Shown here one piece after another: positions 49,829 through 63,328 of a stretch of DNA of 64,000 nucleotides. The notes under the pieces were generated by a model. It saw only the letters and a program-made list of their open reading frames with translations. It searched no databases and was not told the DNA's origin. Source of the stretch: Podarcis bocagei (Eukaryota). The stretch's first letter is position 1. Every line of letters starts with the position of its first letter. Location of the stretch: NCBI GenBank assembly GCA_964188305.1, contig OZ076890.1, one strand, 5' to 3'. A program made the position numbers and the translations under genes.

Positions 49829-52704
49829 AGTACAACTGCACAGGTCTCATACGTACGGCAAGACTCTAATTGAAGTAGCCAAAATGTTTACTTTTCAGAA
49901 AGTTGTGTGTGCATGCAACTGTGTACTTCTTGCATTTAACTTGGGAATAAAACATTTAGCAACATTTAATTTTAGAACAATAATTTGTTTTTAGATTCTA
50001 TAGCAATTTTTCAAGCAAAGCCTTGATTTGCAAATTAACAGCATAAGCAAGTAGTTCATTAGTTTAATTACCCTTGCATAAATCCAAAGGGAAGTCTGCT
50101 TAATGAAACACAATTCTTCAGCAAACCAATAGCTTCTAAGCTGTTTCAGGCACAGAGCCATCACATGTGCTTCTAACAACTAAGCATGAGTCTTCAGCAG
50201 CTTAAAACGATGGGTCAGCTGAACTGTGGATCATTTATAAACCAACACACAAGATCCAGATGGTAGAACAGCGCAGGGAAAGCACTAGCTCTGCCATTCC
50301 TACAGTAAGCAATACAGTAAGCAAAAAGTATTTCTGTGCCCCTATCTGGAAGACAGGGACAGCCTAACTCCTGTTGTATATGCTCTGGTAATCTCTAGGT
50401 TAGATTACTGCAACCCTGTGGGGCTGCCTCTGAAGATGGTTCAGAAACTCCAATACAATGAAACACGCAAATGAGCCCTTATTTATAACTCAAACCAAGC
50501 ACACCTCAAAAGTAAAAACACCCTTTCTCTCCTGGCCGTGTCAGAAGAGAGGTGTACAAGCCCTCCAGCCAAAGTAGCTCCTGCCCAGAGGTGAAACACT
50601 ACATATGCATGCGAAGCAAAGCTCATCAAATCTAAACGCACAGAATATGGTGAACAGAACCAAGCTTTAAGGAGCCAGGAGCAAACATTAGCTACATATT
50701 GTGGTTAAGGCAAAATATAAGAACAGCCTACTGGATCAGGTCAAAGGCCTACCTAGTCCACCATCCTGTTCTCTTAGTATCCAGCAACAGCCCTCTCCTC
50801 CATGAATTTGCCTTATCTTTTAAAGCCATCTAGGTTGGTGGCCTCATGTGGGAGCAAGTTCCAAAGTTAAATGTATGCTGAATGAAGAAGCATTTTCTTT
50901 TATCTATGTTGAATCTTTCAACATTCCCCATCCTTCCAATCAATAAAACAGAGCAGGGAAACCACACACATTATCACTCTTTACAGCTAGACGCTATAGG
51001 AGCAAATGTAGAACAAGGCTAAAGTTTTTGCATCATTCATAAGGTCTAATTCTACCTTCAGAAGCCACAAAAGTGCCATATAAATGAAGCTTTAATTCAA
51101 TTACTGAAAACCATTATCTAGAGATATACTTCATCTGGTCCAAATTGGTTTCCAGCACAACTTTACTTTCAAATATTATTAACCCAAATTCTATGTTTTA
51201 CATGTGAAATAAATTCAGACACCAAAAAGATTAAAGCAGCCAGAATATAGTTCTTTTATAACCAGTTTATAATCAAATTCTGTGGTGATCTTTAGTAATT
51301 TGTGAAATATCATTCAAACGTAATTAATATTACCAGCTTTCTTCATAATATATATTCTATATAGACTATGTATTTTATATCCTATGTATACAGACACTGC
51401 ATTTTAAAAATATAAATGTGAAAAAATGCATTAGCTACCTACATAGGGTATTAATTACATGGTCTATATGGGGTATTTACTACCAAGAAAGCCCATGTCT
51501 GCTGAAATAAAGGGAGCTGAACACTACAATTAAACTGTAGTTCATTCCGAGCAAGTGTCTAATTCTTCCATACTGTACACTTAGCACAAATAATTGCCTT
51601 AAGATAGATACTCCTATTTTCAGCAAAAATATGCTTGCCTTCTTAAACTGATTTATCTTGTAAATGAGACATAAGCTGTTTGCCTCCTCTTTGTGGATAT
51701 TTTAATTAGAGATATCAGATGTTACAGATGTGTAGGAATGGTCACCTGATCTCCTTTAAACTTCAGACAACCCAACTAAGATTACATGCATTTGCAGGGT
51801 TGGGAAGTGCTTTTATTTAATTACAGCAAAATACAGAACATTTACCATCAAGAATTCATTTCTTTAGTTTGCCCATATAAGTTATATTTTAGGGAACATG
51901 AAACTGAATACAATTAAAAGAAGCTTTACATTTTAAAGATTGTTGACATGCTAGGCTGAAAGTCAGATTACACAGCATCTATTCAGCCTTACGCATATGA
52001 AAAGCATTTAGAAAGCAGACAGCTGAATTCTTCCTCCTTTATAACCTTCAGCTCTTGAACCATACACTCTGAAAATATGTTGATGTCTGCAGTTTTTAAT
52101 CCTTGTTAGTCTTAATGCTGTTTTTTATTATTTGCATTGTTTTCTATTCAATTTTTGCACTCTACTTTTCTGCTGATATATTGATTAGTTGTACTGAATT
52201 TTGAATGTTTTATTGTCAGAATAAGTAGAATTATATATATGAGATAATAACTGCTCTGTGGAGGAAGTTTCTTAAAAAGCGGGGTACAATTTTAAATAAA
52301 ACAAATCTAAACGCAAGCTTGCTAACACAAACTAGCCAATATAACAATGTATAGTTTAAATATTCAGCACTATCACTACATTGGTTTGATTTATTATACA
52401 GCTACTGATCTGATTACACAGCTACAGATTTTCAAACAACAGTATCACAGTAGTTTAAATATTCATTATGATTACCAGTTCTCCTTTACATATGTAACAA
52501 AATATGTTTTTAAAAGCAACCGCAATTCAGCCTTAAATAAGATGCAATGCTCCTTGCAATCTCTTCAAATTGAATGTTTATAATTTATATTCTGCTCTTA
52601 AAACCCATTAAAACCATATAGTCACTATATTCTGTGGACCAAGTATTTATCCATCAGGAGCCTAACCAAAAAACCCCCCACAAAAACACATTTTCAATTA
52701 GTAC

Positions 52705-53290
52705 CTAAAACCAAGCGAAGTTGGTGCCAGCCAAATTTCTGAGGGGAGTGCTACAGATGAGGTGGCTTGCTTCCTTAAGAGCCCTTGCTGATGGCACTAC
52801 TGACAAGCCGAAAGAGCAGATCTCAAGTCCTGGGTCAGTTAATATTGGGTGACAGTCTCTCAGATAAAGCCATATATATGTCAAAACTAAAACCTTGAAT
52901 TGGACTTGACAGCTAATTGGCAGCCACTGCAAATGCTTCTAGGCTGATGCAATATGGTCTCTAGGTAAGAGACCCAATAAGATCCCCACAGCTGCATATT
53001 GTACTAGCTGCAGCTTCTGAACAATCTTCAAGGGCAGCCTCATGTAGAATGAACTGCAGTAGTCCATATAGAAAATTACTATAGCATGAAGCAAAGTGGC
53101 CAAGCTACCCCTTTCTAGGAAGAGCCTTAGTTGGAGAACCAGCTGGATTTGGAAACTTGTGCTTCCAGCAATAGGTGGAATCCAAGAATACTCCCCTCAA
53201 ACTAAATACCTGATCTTTCAGAGGGGGCATAATCCTGCCTAAAACAACTCTCATACCCAATTCCTAGACATGGAAGCCACTAATCCACAG
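52705..53290 (-). mobile_element. Degenerate L2-like LINE RT fragment
   Basis: QWLPISCQVQFKVLVLTY; DYCSSFYMRLP...KLQLVQYAA motifs. Confidence 0.7.
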
Positions 53291-55636
53291 TGCAGAACTT
53301 ATCCTCAGATATAGGATGAATGGTAAGTGGAATTTTCTTGAGAATTTTCTTTTGATTTATGTCTGCCCAATGCAAGGCTTTTCCTTCTGCCAACATATGC
53401 CATATAGTCAACAACTGATTAATGTGTGTCTGAATGACTCACAGTCAAACCTGGAAGTAACCCAAAAACGTCACTAAATGGGTGGAATGGGGGCAGAACA
53501 GTGCATGCTTATATGCACTCCGCTGATGGACGTAGTGGCCGGGAATGGAACCCCCGTGCATAATGGTCATTAAATGTCTTTTCCAGATCAAATACAATAT
53601 TCACATAACACTTGCATCTGCTCAAAATGGATGCCTTTATAGGGCACTATGAATTTTTTATGTTGAAACATTTTACATGTGCTCTTCGTATTTTTTACAC
53701 TAATGAAACATTCAAAAAGGTGTGCAAGGATGCTGGCTTTTATGTCAAGAGAAGCATTTAGTGGAGAAGGATAAGTAAAGGTTGCTTACGGACTGCAGAG
53801 CTGAAAGCCAGTATATTCTGGCCACCCACACGATGTGTGTGGAAGGGGGTCTGTGTAGGGGAAACAGGGATTAGCAAAAATAGTCTCCACTTCCATCAGC
53901 AGGATCCCTCCACTGGATTCAAAAGCCATACATAGACGAAGGAATCTTTTCATCCATGGAAAATGAAATTAGAATCCAACCCAAGTCTAAAAGAAATCTG
54001 AAATTAAAAAATGTTATGCTATGCTCAGGGATGCTCCCACTCACAGGAGCGAATCAACAGCATAATAGCAATTATGATAGTCTAATATAATAGCTGTCAT
54101 TCCCATTTTGAAGCTAGAATCTTCATTTATTTTCACTTTATCAAAGTCAAAGAAAGAACAAGGATCAGAAGCTACATACCAAGGTACTTTACTATTCAAG
54201 CAGTAGTCACTACTACTTCTAATTGAGCATGAAGGCTTTAAGTTATTTTAAGCTTTTCATAATTAGCCTTTGCCATTCAGTTGCATTGCAAAAGGTTAAC
54301 ATTCTTAACCAGAAGCTGCTGCAGACATAAAATTTGTATATGGGAATGGTCAGTTACAAGTCTAATGACGTCTTAGGAACCTTGCCAAATTCATCTCAGA
54401 CTCACAATTCACCTTTAGAAAGCTGTCTCAAGAACAAGGTCTTAAGAACTTATCCTCAGATAAAGGTCAGACAGATATTTGTACTAAAATATAGAAGTGA
54501 AGCCATATACATCTAATAAATATTTCATAATTAGCTTTATATATATGCAGACAATCAAGGTATGCTTAGAGAATTTTACTGGAAAAACAGAAATGTGTAG
54601 CTAAATGCTAATAAACAAAGTTAGAAATGTTTGGTATGTTGCATGTCTACCAATATTGAGTTTAGGACATATAAGCACTATTTGGTTTAAAGTACCATCA
54701 TATTGTGAATTTTGTGCACTATACCAATAAAATTATGTTATAGATTATGATGTTATGTTATAGATCATGTTGCTATAGAGAGTATTGAAATATAACACTT
54801 AAAACACAATGTCAAAATTTATACATTATGCTAAACATTATGTTAATGGTCCACCACAAATGAAGATTGTGCCCACTCCCTTCTAGCTAAGCAATATATA
54901 TCTGGCTTAGCAATATATCAAAACCAGGGATCAGAGTATATTCTGTTCAAACAAGCTATGATTGGAAAACCAAGAACAAACCTTGGCTTAACATTGTGGC
55001 TCATTCGATGTAGCTTGTTTTATCACATCTGGCCTGGACCACAGTCTCAATTATTAGCTGTTTTCTAGATCTATTTACTGGCATCCCAACCCTGAGCTTC
55101 ATTTATTTACTTACAGGTATCCCCTATTGATTCCTATGAAACATAGCTCTGAGTAAAGTATTACTTCTTTAAAAGCTTGCAAAAAACAGACATTTGAAGA
55201 TTTATCAAGTAAACCTGGAAAAAGCTAATGTCCAACTAGAGTACAACTAAAGAGAGACTCTAAAACAATCAATTCCTTTAACTGCAGTTTTAAGCAACAC
55301 TTTGTCTGTTAACTCTGAAGCAAAGATTCTGGGCTTAATACACTGGTGAAATTGTTCTCAAACAGCTCATCTGTGTGAAAACATGACTGCTGTAAAAGTG
55401 CCAAAGTGAGAGCATACAAGTACTAATCATACAAGCTCGAACGGTTTGTGAGCTGCTTGAGCCTAAATGCCAATGGTTCTATGGTTTGAATTAAAGAGGC
55501 CTTTAAGTTAGACCATTTCCATCTTTTTGCCTGCCTCGCTAGAAATAAGTATTTCCTCCACATGCCACTGGCAGCTTTCCCTTATATCTAGACGAAACTA
55601 CAGTCCCACTTTTAGTTACACAGAAGTGTTGAGATA

Positions 55637-55836
55637 GAGTGGTACCCCTGGATGCAAACAGGATCCGTTCTGGAGCGGATCACGATTCGCCGCTTCCGTG
55701 CATGTGCGTGATGTCATTTTGAGCATCTGCGCATGCGGCAAAACCCAGAAGTAACACGTTCCGTTACTTCCGGGTCGCCGGAGAGCGCAACCCGAAAATG
55801 CTCAACCCGAAGCTACTTCAACCCAAAGTATGACTG
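55637..55836. mobile_element. Tigger/pogo-like MITE, family B
   Basis: Interior similar to 13807-14049; TA TSDs. Confidence 0.82.
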
Positions 55837-56698
55837 TACTGTAATGTTTCTACCAGTATTTTAATCACACAATTTTTGAACTACCAGATCTGGAAGTTGG
55901 AATTATTTAAAAAGTAATACTTAGCTATAAACCAGAGAAACAATAAGCATGCATTCTCCTTTATTATTCCTTAAGTTTCGGGAACTGAGGAAAAATAGGC
56001 TTTCAGTAACGTGTATGTCAGTGTATGCTACTATGCACATACATTATACATGCAAACTCACAAGATTTAGACACCTCCAGCAGTAATTCAGTCTATAAAT
56101 CTAAACATAAATCCTAGAGACTAGGATCACAATCCTTGTCTTTACTGAATACTTAGTTTCAAATAAACATGCATAGAAATGTAAGTTAAAATAAGTTCTA
56201 TCCCATTTTCCAAAAAGTTCAAAGCAAATAAAAAACAGTAAAAAGATATAAGCAGTCAAAAACAAGTCAAAAAAGCTGCACACAAATACACATCTCAATT
56301 AAAAGCAGACAGTTGAACCCAGACTGTCATTTAACTCATGCCCTGTTAGTCACGACTAACTTTTCTCACCATTTCAGTGAGCTCTAATGGCAACTGACCT
56401 CATCTAGTCTAAACTAGCAGCTACAAATATATTTTTTGAATGTAATTCAATTTCCTCATTTGATACATTTTTAATAAACTCTCAAACAGACTAAATACAC
56501 TCCAAAGAGTCAAATAGGAAAAAATCAGAGTTCATCAAAGCTGCTAGAGTTCAAATAACTTCCTAAGAAGTTAAGTATTGACATAATGTAAGAGGAGGCC
56601 ATCAAAGAAGGGGCAAGGTAGCCACAGAAAAGGCTGTGTAGATTGTGTTGCAAGTTCCAATACATTACTTTAGAATAATCATGTATGAATCTCAGTTA

Positions 56699-56845
56699 CA
56701 GTGGTACCTCGGGTTAAGAACTTAATTAGCTAATGGGGCCTCCCGCTGCCGCTGTGCCGCCACCGGCAAAGTTCTTAACCTGAGGTACTTTTTCTGGGTT
56801 AGCGGAGTCTGTAACCTGAAGCGTCTGTAACCCGAGGTACCACTG
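56699..56845. mobile_element. Tigger/pogo-like MITE, family A (internally deleted)
   Basis: TIR CAGTGGTACCTCGGGTTA, TA TSDs. Confidence 0.9.
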
Positions 56846-58068
56846 TACTCCTTTCTATACCAATACTGTATATTAACCTGTTTTGTGAAAAATGTTCAAT
56901 GAAAAAATGCTGTTATCAATGCTCTGTTGACAGCTTATTTAAAGTACTTCAATGTATTGTTCAAGGAGCTGCTTTTGAGAACCACTTTGGAACTATATGC
57001 AAAATACAGGAACAGGTTTCCTAACTGAATTAGGTGCATGGAACTTCCAATTCTCAGACAGCCAGACACCAGCTCTCAGTCTTTTCATGGGACAATGTCA
57101 AGTGTTGGTTTTAACCTTTGAAGTACTAAACAACTTGGGAACAGAGAATCTAAAGAATCTCCTCCTCCTACAATTGATCTGGCTTGGCATTAGGTTACTG
57201 GTCCTAGTCATTAGAAGGTAGGTGGTGACCAAATTTAGTGTCCCCTCAATCAAGGCACTCTGCCTCTTAATTCCCTCTCTGAAGAACTTGGCCAGTCACT
57301 ATTCCTGCATTCTTTTTGATGCTATATAATCTGTTTGGGCCTTTTAGATCTTTTAAATGTATTTTATGGTATGAATGAATCTTACTCTACTGTATGTTAC
57401 AGCTATTTTAATATAATTTTATATTTGCTTTAACTTCCTGTAAGCCACCCAAGCTTTAGCAGTACAGCAGCTATATAAATTCTGAAATCTTGCCAAGTAT
57501 CCTGTACCACTCTTGCAAATAGGCTTTCCTAATGTTTGGTCTATGTTTTACTATTTCCACCTATTTAGTTCAAAAATATTTTTCATGCCATCAGTATCAA
57601 AGATAGAAAATGGAGAATTTAATTTTTCTGTCATTTTCTCTCATTTTTCCCATCACTAAGCTACCACAGTCATTTCTTAACCAACGAACATGCCTTCTTG
57701 TTTGCCTTGTTTTTCAGAATCCATTGTTATTATATTTAACTTTCCAATATCTATTTTCCCCTCAATATTTTCTACAAAGTATATACTAAGAATATAAGGG
57801 TTAAACCAACTATTAAGAGCCCTTATCAAAAAAAATTTCCTGGAGGGCTACGTTGAGATGTGTGGGAGGGATGTTAATTTACTAACACATTAAGCAAACT
57901 CCCAGCAAGTTCTGTACATATTTCTCTTTTATCATTGCTGGGATGTGTAAATTGGGAAGCTAGGTAGTACCTCTCAACAGCCAGCCTCTAGACTAGAGCA
58001 TACTGTGATTCTGCTATTCACTCTGATATAGCTTTTAACATTTTGCAACACACTATTGTTTATAAGTA

Positions 58069-58281
58069 CAGTGGTACCTCAAGTTACAAACACCTCGGGT
58101 TACAAACTCCGCTAACCTGGAAGAGTTACCTCGAGTTGAGAACTCTGCCCCAGGATGAGAACAGAAATCATGTGCTGACGGCACAGCAGAAGCAAGAAGC
58201 CCCACGCCTCTAGTTAAGAACAGTTTCAGGTTAAGAACGAACCTCCAGAACGAATTAAGTTCATAACTAGAGGTACCACTG
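58069..58281. mobile_element. Tigger/pogo-like MITE, family A (opposite orientation)
   Basis: TIR CAGTGGTACCTC.AGTTA, TA TSDs; interior is reverse complement of the 11048 copy. Confidence 0.88.
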
Positions 58282-59782
58282 TATTTAATTTGGGATGCTC
58301 TATAAATCCCAGATCTTTGATTAGAGTATTAATATCCAACTAATTATCCATTTGGACTTCAGCATCATACTGACATCTTAAATCCTGCCAAAGGAGCTCA
58401 CAGTTTCATAAGAGATCTAAGAATTTAACTATTTCCTTGGTCTTAGCCTCAAGCATAATAAACTGAACTGGATATACAGTATTTGTCTTTAACAAGCAGC
58501 CCAAAAACTGTTTGTGAAGGATGGCTATGAGCAAGAAGTCACTATGTCACATTTTCATGGCTGTTTCATTACTGAACACTTACTCCAGCTGGGAATGCCT
58601 ACAAGATGAAATTATTTTATATAGTATTACTGGTAAGCAGTTTGTTCTCAGTAGTCAATTTCCTATGAGGAAAACACATCCAAGATGAAGACTGCCTATA
58701 GGTACAAATGTAATCAAATAAATGTTGCTGTTAAACTCAGACGTGATAAAGACCTTGCTTCTTCCAAGGCTAAATGCCAATCTTTGAAGTGGAGGACATG
58801 TTTCCTTCATTACAGGGCTATGAAGGCCAAAAAAGGTGCATGGGCCAGAAAGTGCAAGGCCAAAACTCATGCAAAAATCCAGACACTTTTTTTTTAGTCG
58901 GAAAATGTCACTAACGGAGATTCCTCTTTGGAAACCATGGCTGCCCACGCGCAGCAATCTCAGCCAGGGACCATACTGTATAAGTTACTTCTGCATGCTC
59001 CACCTCGGATTCTCGTTGCATCTCTTCGCACCGACAGTCTACCGGCGAGTTTGTTAAAACAGACACGAGCGAGAGCGTGTTTGTTAAAACAGGCACGACA
59101 AAGACGTCGGCTGCTTTTGCAGGCAAGGCAATCTCGTTTGCCCGAGCCGGGCATAAATAAGCTCTCTCTTCCCCACCCCCCACAAGGAGGGCCCGCTCAT
59201 CACCCCGCACACTTATTCCCTTCTGCTTGCTATATTATATATATATATTCCCCTAAGAAATAAGAGTCAAAAAGATCGGAGCAGGAGACGAAATCAAAGG
59301 CGCCGCTATCGGCGCCAGAAGACCAGCATTAGGAGAGATTTTTTTAAAAGGAATCACGGCGAAGAGCTCCCGGCACACACTCCGGGTCAATGGCCACGGA
59401 TCGCCCTCCTCTCGGGCGGGAGGCGCCTGGGAGGAGAGAGGGGCGCCGGGCAATGGAGGGGGGTGGGCCAGGCAATGGGATGGACTGAGGGAGAGAAGAA
59501 CGGGGACAAAAATCATACGGGGGGGGGGGGGAACGGGCCGCCAACCAGGAATAACATTGGGAATAACAACAGGGCAGGCGGCGGGGGCGAATGCGGGGCC
59601 CCCGAACAAGGGCGAGAGGGCCGCGCGCGTGCGCTGGGGCTGGTGGAGGGGTCCCTCCCCGCCTCGCTCTCCCCAGCGCGCCTGCGCTCCCCTCACCAGG
59701 GTGACCCCCCGGGCTCGCCCTGCCCGTTGCCGAGCCCCTTGGCCCACGGGTCCCCTCCGCCGCCGCCGCCTCACGCCGCTAC

Positions 59783-60070
59783 CTCATCTCTGTCGGGTCT
59801 CGGGTGTCCTCTTCACCCCCACAGCAAGGACGGAGGGACGGCAGGAGCAGCAGCAGCCGGCGCAGCAGCGGTGGCAGCGGCAAAGGCCACCGCCTCCCCG
59901 AGACGCACCATCCCCGCCCGCGTCTGCTCTTGCTCTAACCGCCGCCGCCGCCTCAGAGTCCCCGCCGCTGTCTCGGGCGGAGTGGGGTGGGGGAGGCGCG
60001 TGTGGGCGGAGAGAGGGAAAGAGAGAGGAGCGACCTGCCCGGCTCTCCCTCTCTCGCACACCCGCCGCCT
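59783..60070 (-). other. ITSN1: ITSN1 non-coding exon 1 (5' end approximate)
   Basis: In CpG island; ends ...GAGATGAG|gtagcg, matching my recollection of the mammalian exon 1 end. Confidence 0.7.
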
Positions 60071-60529
60071 GACTGCGCAACCCGAAGAGAGGCGCAAATC
60101 CCGAGGCAGCCAACCAAGCCCTCGCCCAGCCCGCAGATCCCACCCCTCTCCCGATGACGGACGCGCCCAGCCACCATTAGGAGAGGGGAGCATTCCGCCG
60201 AGTTGGTCGCCGAAAGCGCGCTCTGGGAAAGAGGAGATAAGCCCAAGGGCGCGAGGTGAGGGGAGAGCCGAGGAGGGCACGCAAGTTTCGCACGGGCCGA
60301 TAGAAATTGTGTGAAGGAAGGGGAACCGAGCGAGGCTGGACGTGACGAGAAAGAAGCACGCCTGGTGTTTCGAAAGTCATGCTTATTGAAAGGAGACCGC
60401 GGCGAAGCTGACTTGCCTCCCATCCTTATTCTGCCTCTCACACGCCGAGTACGGCTTTTTATTGCCCACTCAGTAATTGGAGAGGCGCTGCATGCTGGGA
60501 CCAATGAGGCAACCCGTGCTGCAAAGCTT

Positions 60530-60544
60530 GCTGGGAATTGTAGT
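60530..60544 (-). promoter_or_regulatory. ZNF143/THAP11-type motif ACTACAATTCCCAGC
   Basis: Matches ACTACAnnTCCCA consensus; nearby CCAAT boxes at 60476-60480 (-), 60501-60505 (+) and 60658-60665. Confidence 0.8.
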
Positions 60545-60639
60545 TTTAGCAGGCCAGGAACTCCCGTCGATAAGCTATTAGAGCGCGCCGCTCCGGAGCG
60601 CTCCCCTCGTTTTTCCCTCGGTCACCCGCCCCCCGTATA

Positions 60640-60754
60640 GAGTGGCAGCCGTTTTTGCCAATTGGGATCTGCGTTTCTGCGCTGCTCCGTTCTAAGGCTT
60701 TCCAAGCTAGGATTCGCGCTCCCGCGAGAATCAGAGAGAGGGGCCTAAGAAGAG
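60640..60754 (+). other. CRYZL1: Probable CRYZL1 non-coding exon 1 (5' end approximate)
   Basis: GAG|gtaatg donor at the distal side of the CpG island. Confidence 0.5.
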
Positions 60755-62718
60755 GTAATGGGTTTGTCATGACAACCACCCGGGTCTCTTCTGCGGGGCA
60801 AGGGGCTGGGCGCGCGAGGCAGAGGCAGCGAGCAGAGCAGCGCTGATCTTTGTGGCGCCTTCAGCCCTCGGGACCTGCAGCCGCCCTTCTTTGACCTCCC
60901 GTAGCTGTTCAGCATCCGCACTTATTTCCAGTCTTGCTAAAGAAGGGCGAGGTTCCTGAGCTCGGGAGGTTCCCTGCAGCTATTGCTCATCTCATATCCT
61001 TCCCTTTAGCTGGTGGTGGGAAATCAAGATCTTGCAATTTTGCATTTAAGAGACCCAGTAAAGTACTGGCACTGTGGTAGGGGCATCTGCTTATTTTGTT
61101 TACGCACCGGTTTATTTCGAGAACGTTATACCCTTCTCTTCAGAATAGAGCTGAAGCATAGACTAAAATGCAGTAATAGGATAAAATAATTTTAAAAGTG
61201 GAGTTTCCAAAACATGCCAGCGATTGCTAAAGCAAAACACAATGCACCAGCAACGCTTCACTTAGAGAGGCACACTTAATTGGAAAGTGAGTCCCATTGA
61301 ATGGAACTCAGCTGAACCTTTGAATAAATGTGCTTTGAGTAGTATTGTGTAAAATGTCTAAAAGGCTGGCACAAATTGAAAGGACTTCACCTGGTGCTGA
61401 AAAGGCATTAAGCCCAGTGTCTGGCAAATATGCAAAAAACAAGACCCTACAACTGAAAAGCCTTGTTTGGCTCACAGCCCACTTCCCATTTGAGGTTAGG
61501 GGAATCCAGAGGAGTGGCTCCACAGGTAGATCTTATTGACCAATAAAATCCAGATGGGCCTGCTTAGAATAAAATAGGATATCTGCAGAAATTTCCAGCT
61601 GAGACCTAGAAATATCCTTTCATGCACAACAAATTTGCCTTTTCACTTATTCAGAATTCTTGTGCTTTTATAGGGTACATTGGATAAGTAACAGAGAAGT
61701 GCTTAAGAGTGAGAGGGAAGCTGAGAAGTTACAGGATTGAGGATGAATGAAATGCACAAGAAACAGTAAAGGTTTCAGACAAATAATCCTTACTAAGTGG
61801 GCCATCTTAACCTAATAGTTCAGATTTACAAATTATATTAGGTGCTGTGTGTGACAATGTATACACCACCTTCCATTTCCTTGTGTATATATGCATATTT
61901 TGGATAATTAGTAATCCCATCACAAGCTGCTCCTATCTGTAGTACCATACCATACCATCACTTCATTTTTTTCTGCATCCGTTTGTCTGCAGAGAGTTGT
62001 GGTTTTGCTTTGGACGAACTATGCTTATACAGATGGTTGGCTAGACTTGGGCATTGAATCGTACAAACTGAGCACACCTTAGAATATACTCAGTGCTCTT
62101 CAGGATTTGTGCTTTTAAGAAAAAAAACAGTTATGGTAGGTACTAGCCAAGCTAAAAATACTTCTGGGTAAAGGTTGTTCATTCCATTGGAATAAATGGT
62201 GATCGTAAAAATAAAAAGTTTTGAGTTTGTGGTAAAATTCTACAGAAATGTTTTACAATTAATTTTCAATTTCTTGTAGTGCAGTCCTATATATTTTTTC
62301 TAAGACGTAAGTCCCATTGGGTACAATGAGACTTTCTCCTTGGTAAGTGAGTGTAATAATGCAACCTGAATCAACTTAGTGTTGTTCCCATTTTTCAGAT
62401 GAGTGAAATGAAACAGATGGTGATTTATCCCTAAAGCTAGTAAATGAATTTCTTTCTTAGATTTCCCAGAACTAAACCCAGCGTGCTGTGATGTAATAAA
62501 CTACTCCATGGTTAAGAAGTCAATGTATATTCATGAAGTATCTTTGAATTAGGGAAGGAAATTAAAAGAAACAGGTAAATGTTTTTCAAACTGTGATCGG
62601 AAGAACCTTTGAGTTACCGGTACTTAGAAGTTTATCAGGGTTCATTGATAATTGCTGATCAAGACTTGCATTACTAAAGCAGGCTTTTCCAATAAGAAAA
62701 ATGTTGCTTGTATTGCTC

Positions 62719-62859
62719 AATCATAGAATCATTGTAGGGTTGGAAGGGACAACAAGGGTCATCTAGTCCAACCCCCTGTAATGCAGGAAAGTTTTGCCCA
62801 ACATGGGGCTCGAACCTGAGATTAGGAGTCTCATGCTCTACCAACTGAGCTATCGGGTC
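62719..62859 (-). mobile_element. tRNA-Lys-derived SINE with CR1 3' tail
   Basis: Head GATAGCTCAGTTGGTAGAGCATGAGACTCCTAATCTCAG..GTTCGAGCCCCA; tail ggactagatgacc...cccttccaacc...gattctatgat. Confidence 0.85.
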
Positions 62860-63328
62860 ATAATCAGAAGCATAATTTTTCTGTGGAGCTGATGTTATGA
62901 GGTGACGTATCTTTCTAATGGATAATAGTACAATGTTATAACAGGAAGTTTTAAAAATTCACCTCTTTTGATTTGCTCTTTCAGTTATCAGAAACAATGG
63001 TAATAACACAGATTTTATCTGTGATCTCTAAATTTATACAAAACATATAGTCTTTTATTTAAAATCTATTTAGAAACACTTGGAAGTATCTAATGAAACA
63101 GTTCCTAGTGCAAGCACTTTTGGCAGAGCAACCAAACTTTCTCACCTAATTTGTTCTGGGTTTTCCTGCAACGCTCCAGAGCAGATTTGTGGGACGGGCA
63201 CAAGGAGAGGGAGAGGAAGTTTAATTGCTAAGTTCAAAGTGCTTGTGTTAGCAGAACTAATGAGTTAGATATTGGCCTAAATTCGTATTTAGGTATTTCA
63301 TTTCCCGCTCTATATTTTAAAGGTCGGA

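Larger units (their letters stand above)
58940..60920. promoter_or_regulatory. CpG island / bidirectional ITSN1-CRYZL1 promoter
   Basis: High GC and CpG density against an AT-rich, CpG-poor background; divergent first exons; head-to-head arrangement known in mammals. Confidence 0.9.

Noticed and set aside
59253-60846. Long overlapping ORFs on both strands (up to 283 aa)
   Set aside because: Stop-codon scarcity in a GC-rich CpG island; low-complexity, unrecognisable products
62796-62859. tRNA-Lys gene
   Set aside because: Altered anticodon loop, internal deletion and fusion to a CR1 tail indicate a SINE; the same applies to tRNA-like heads near 4150, 22714 and 49466
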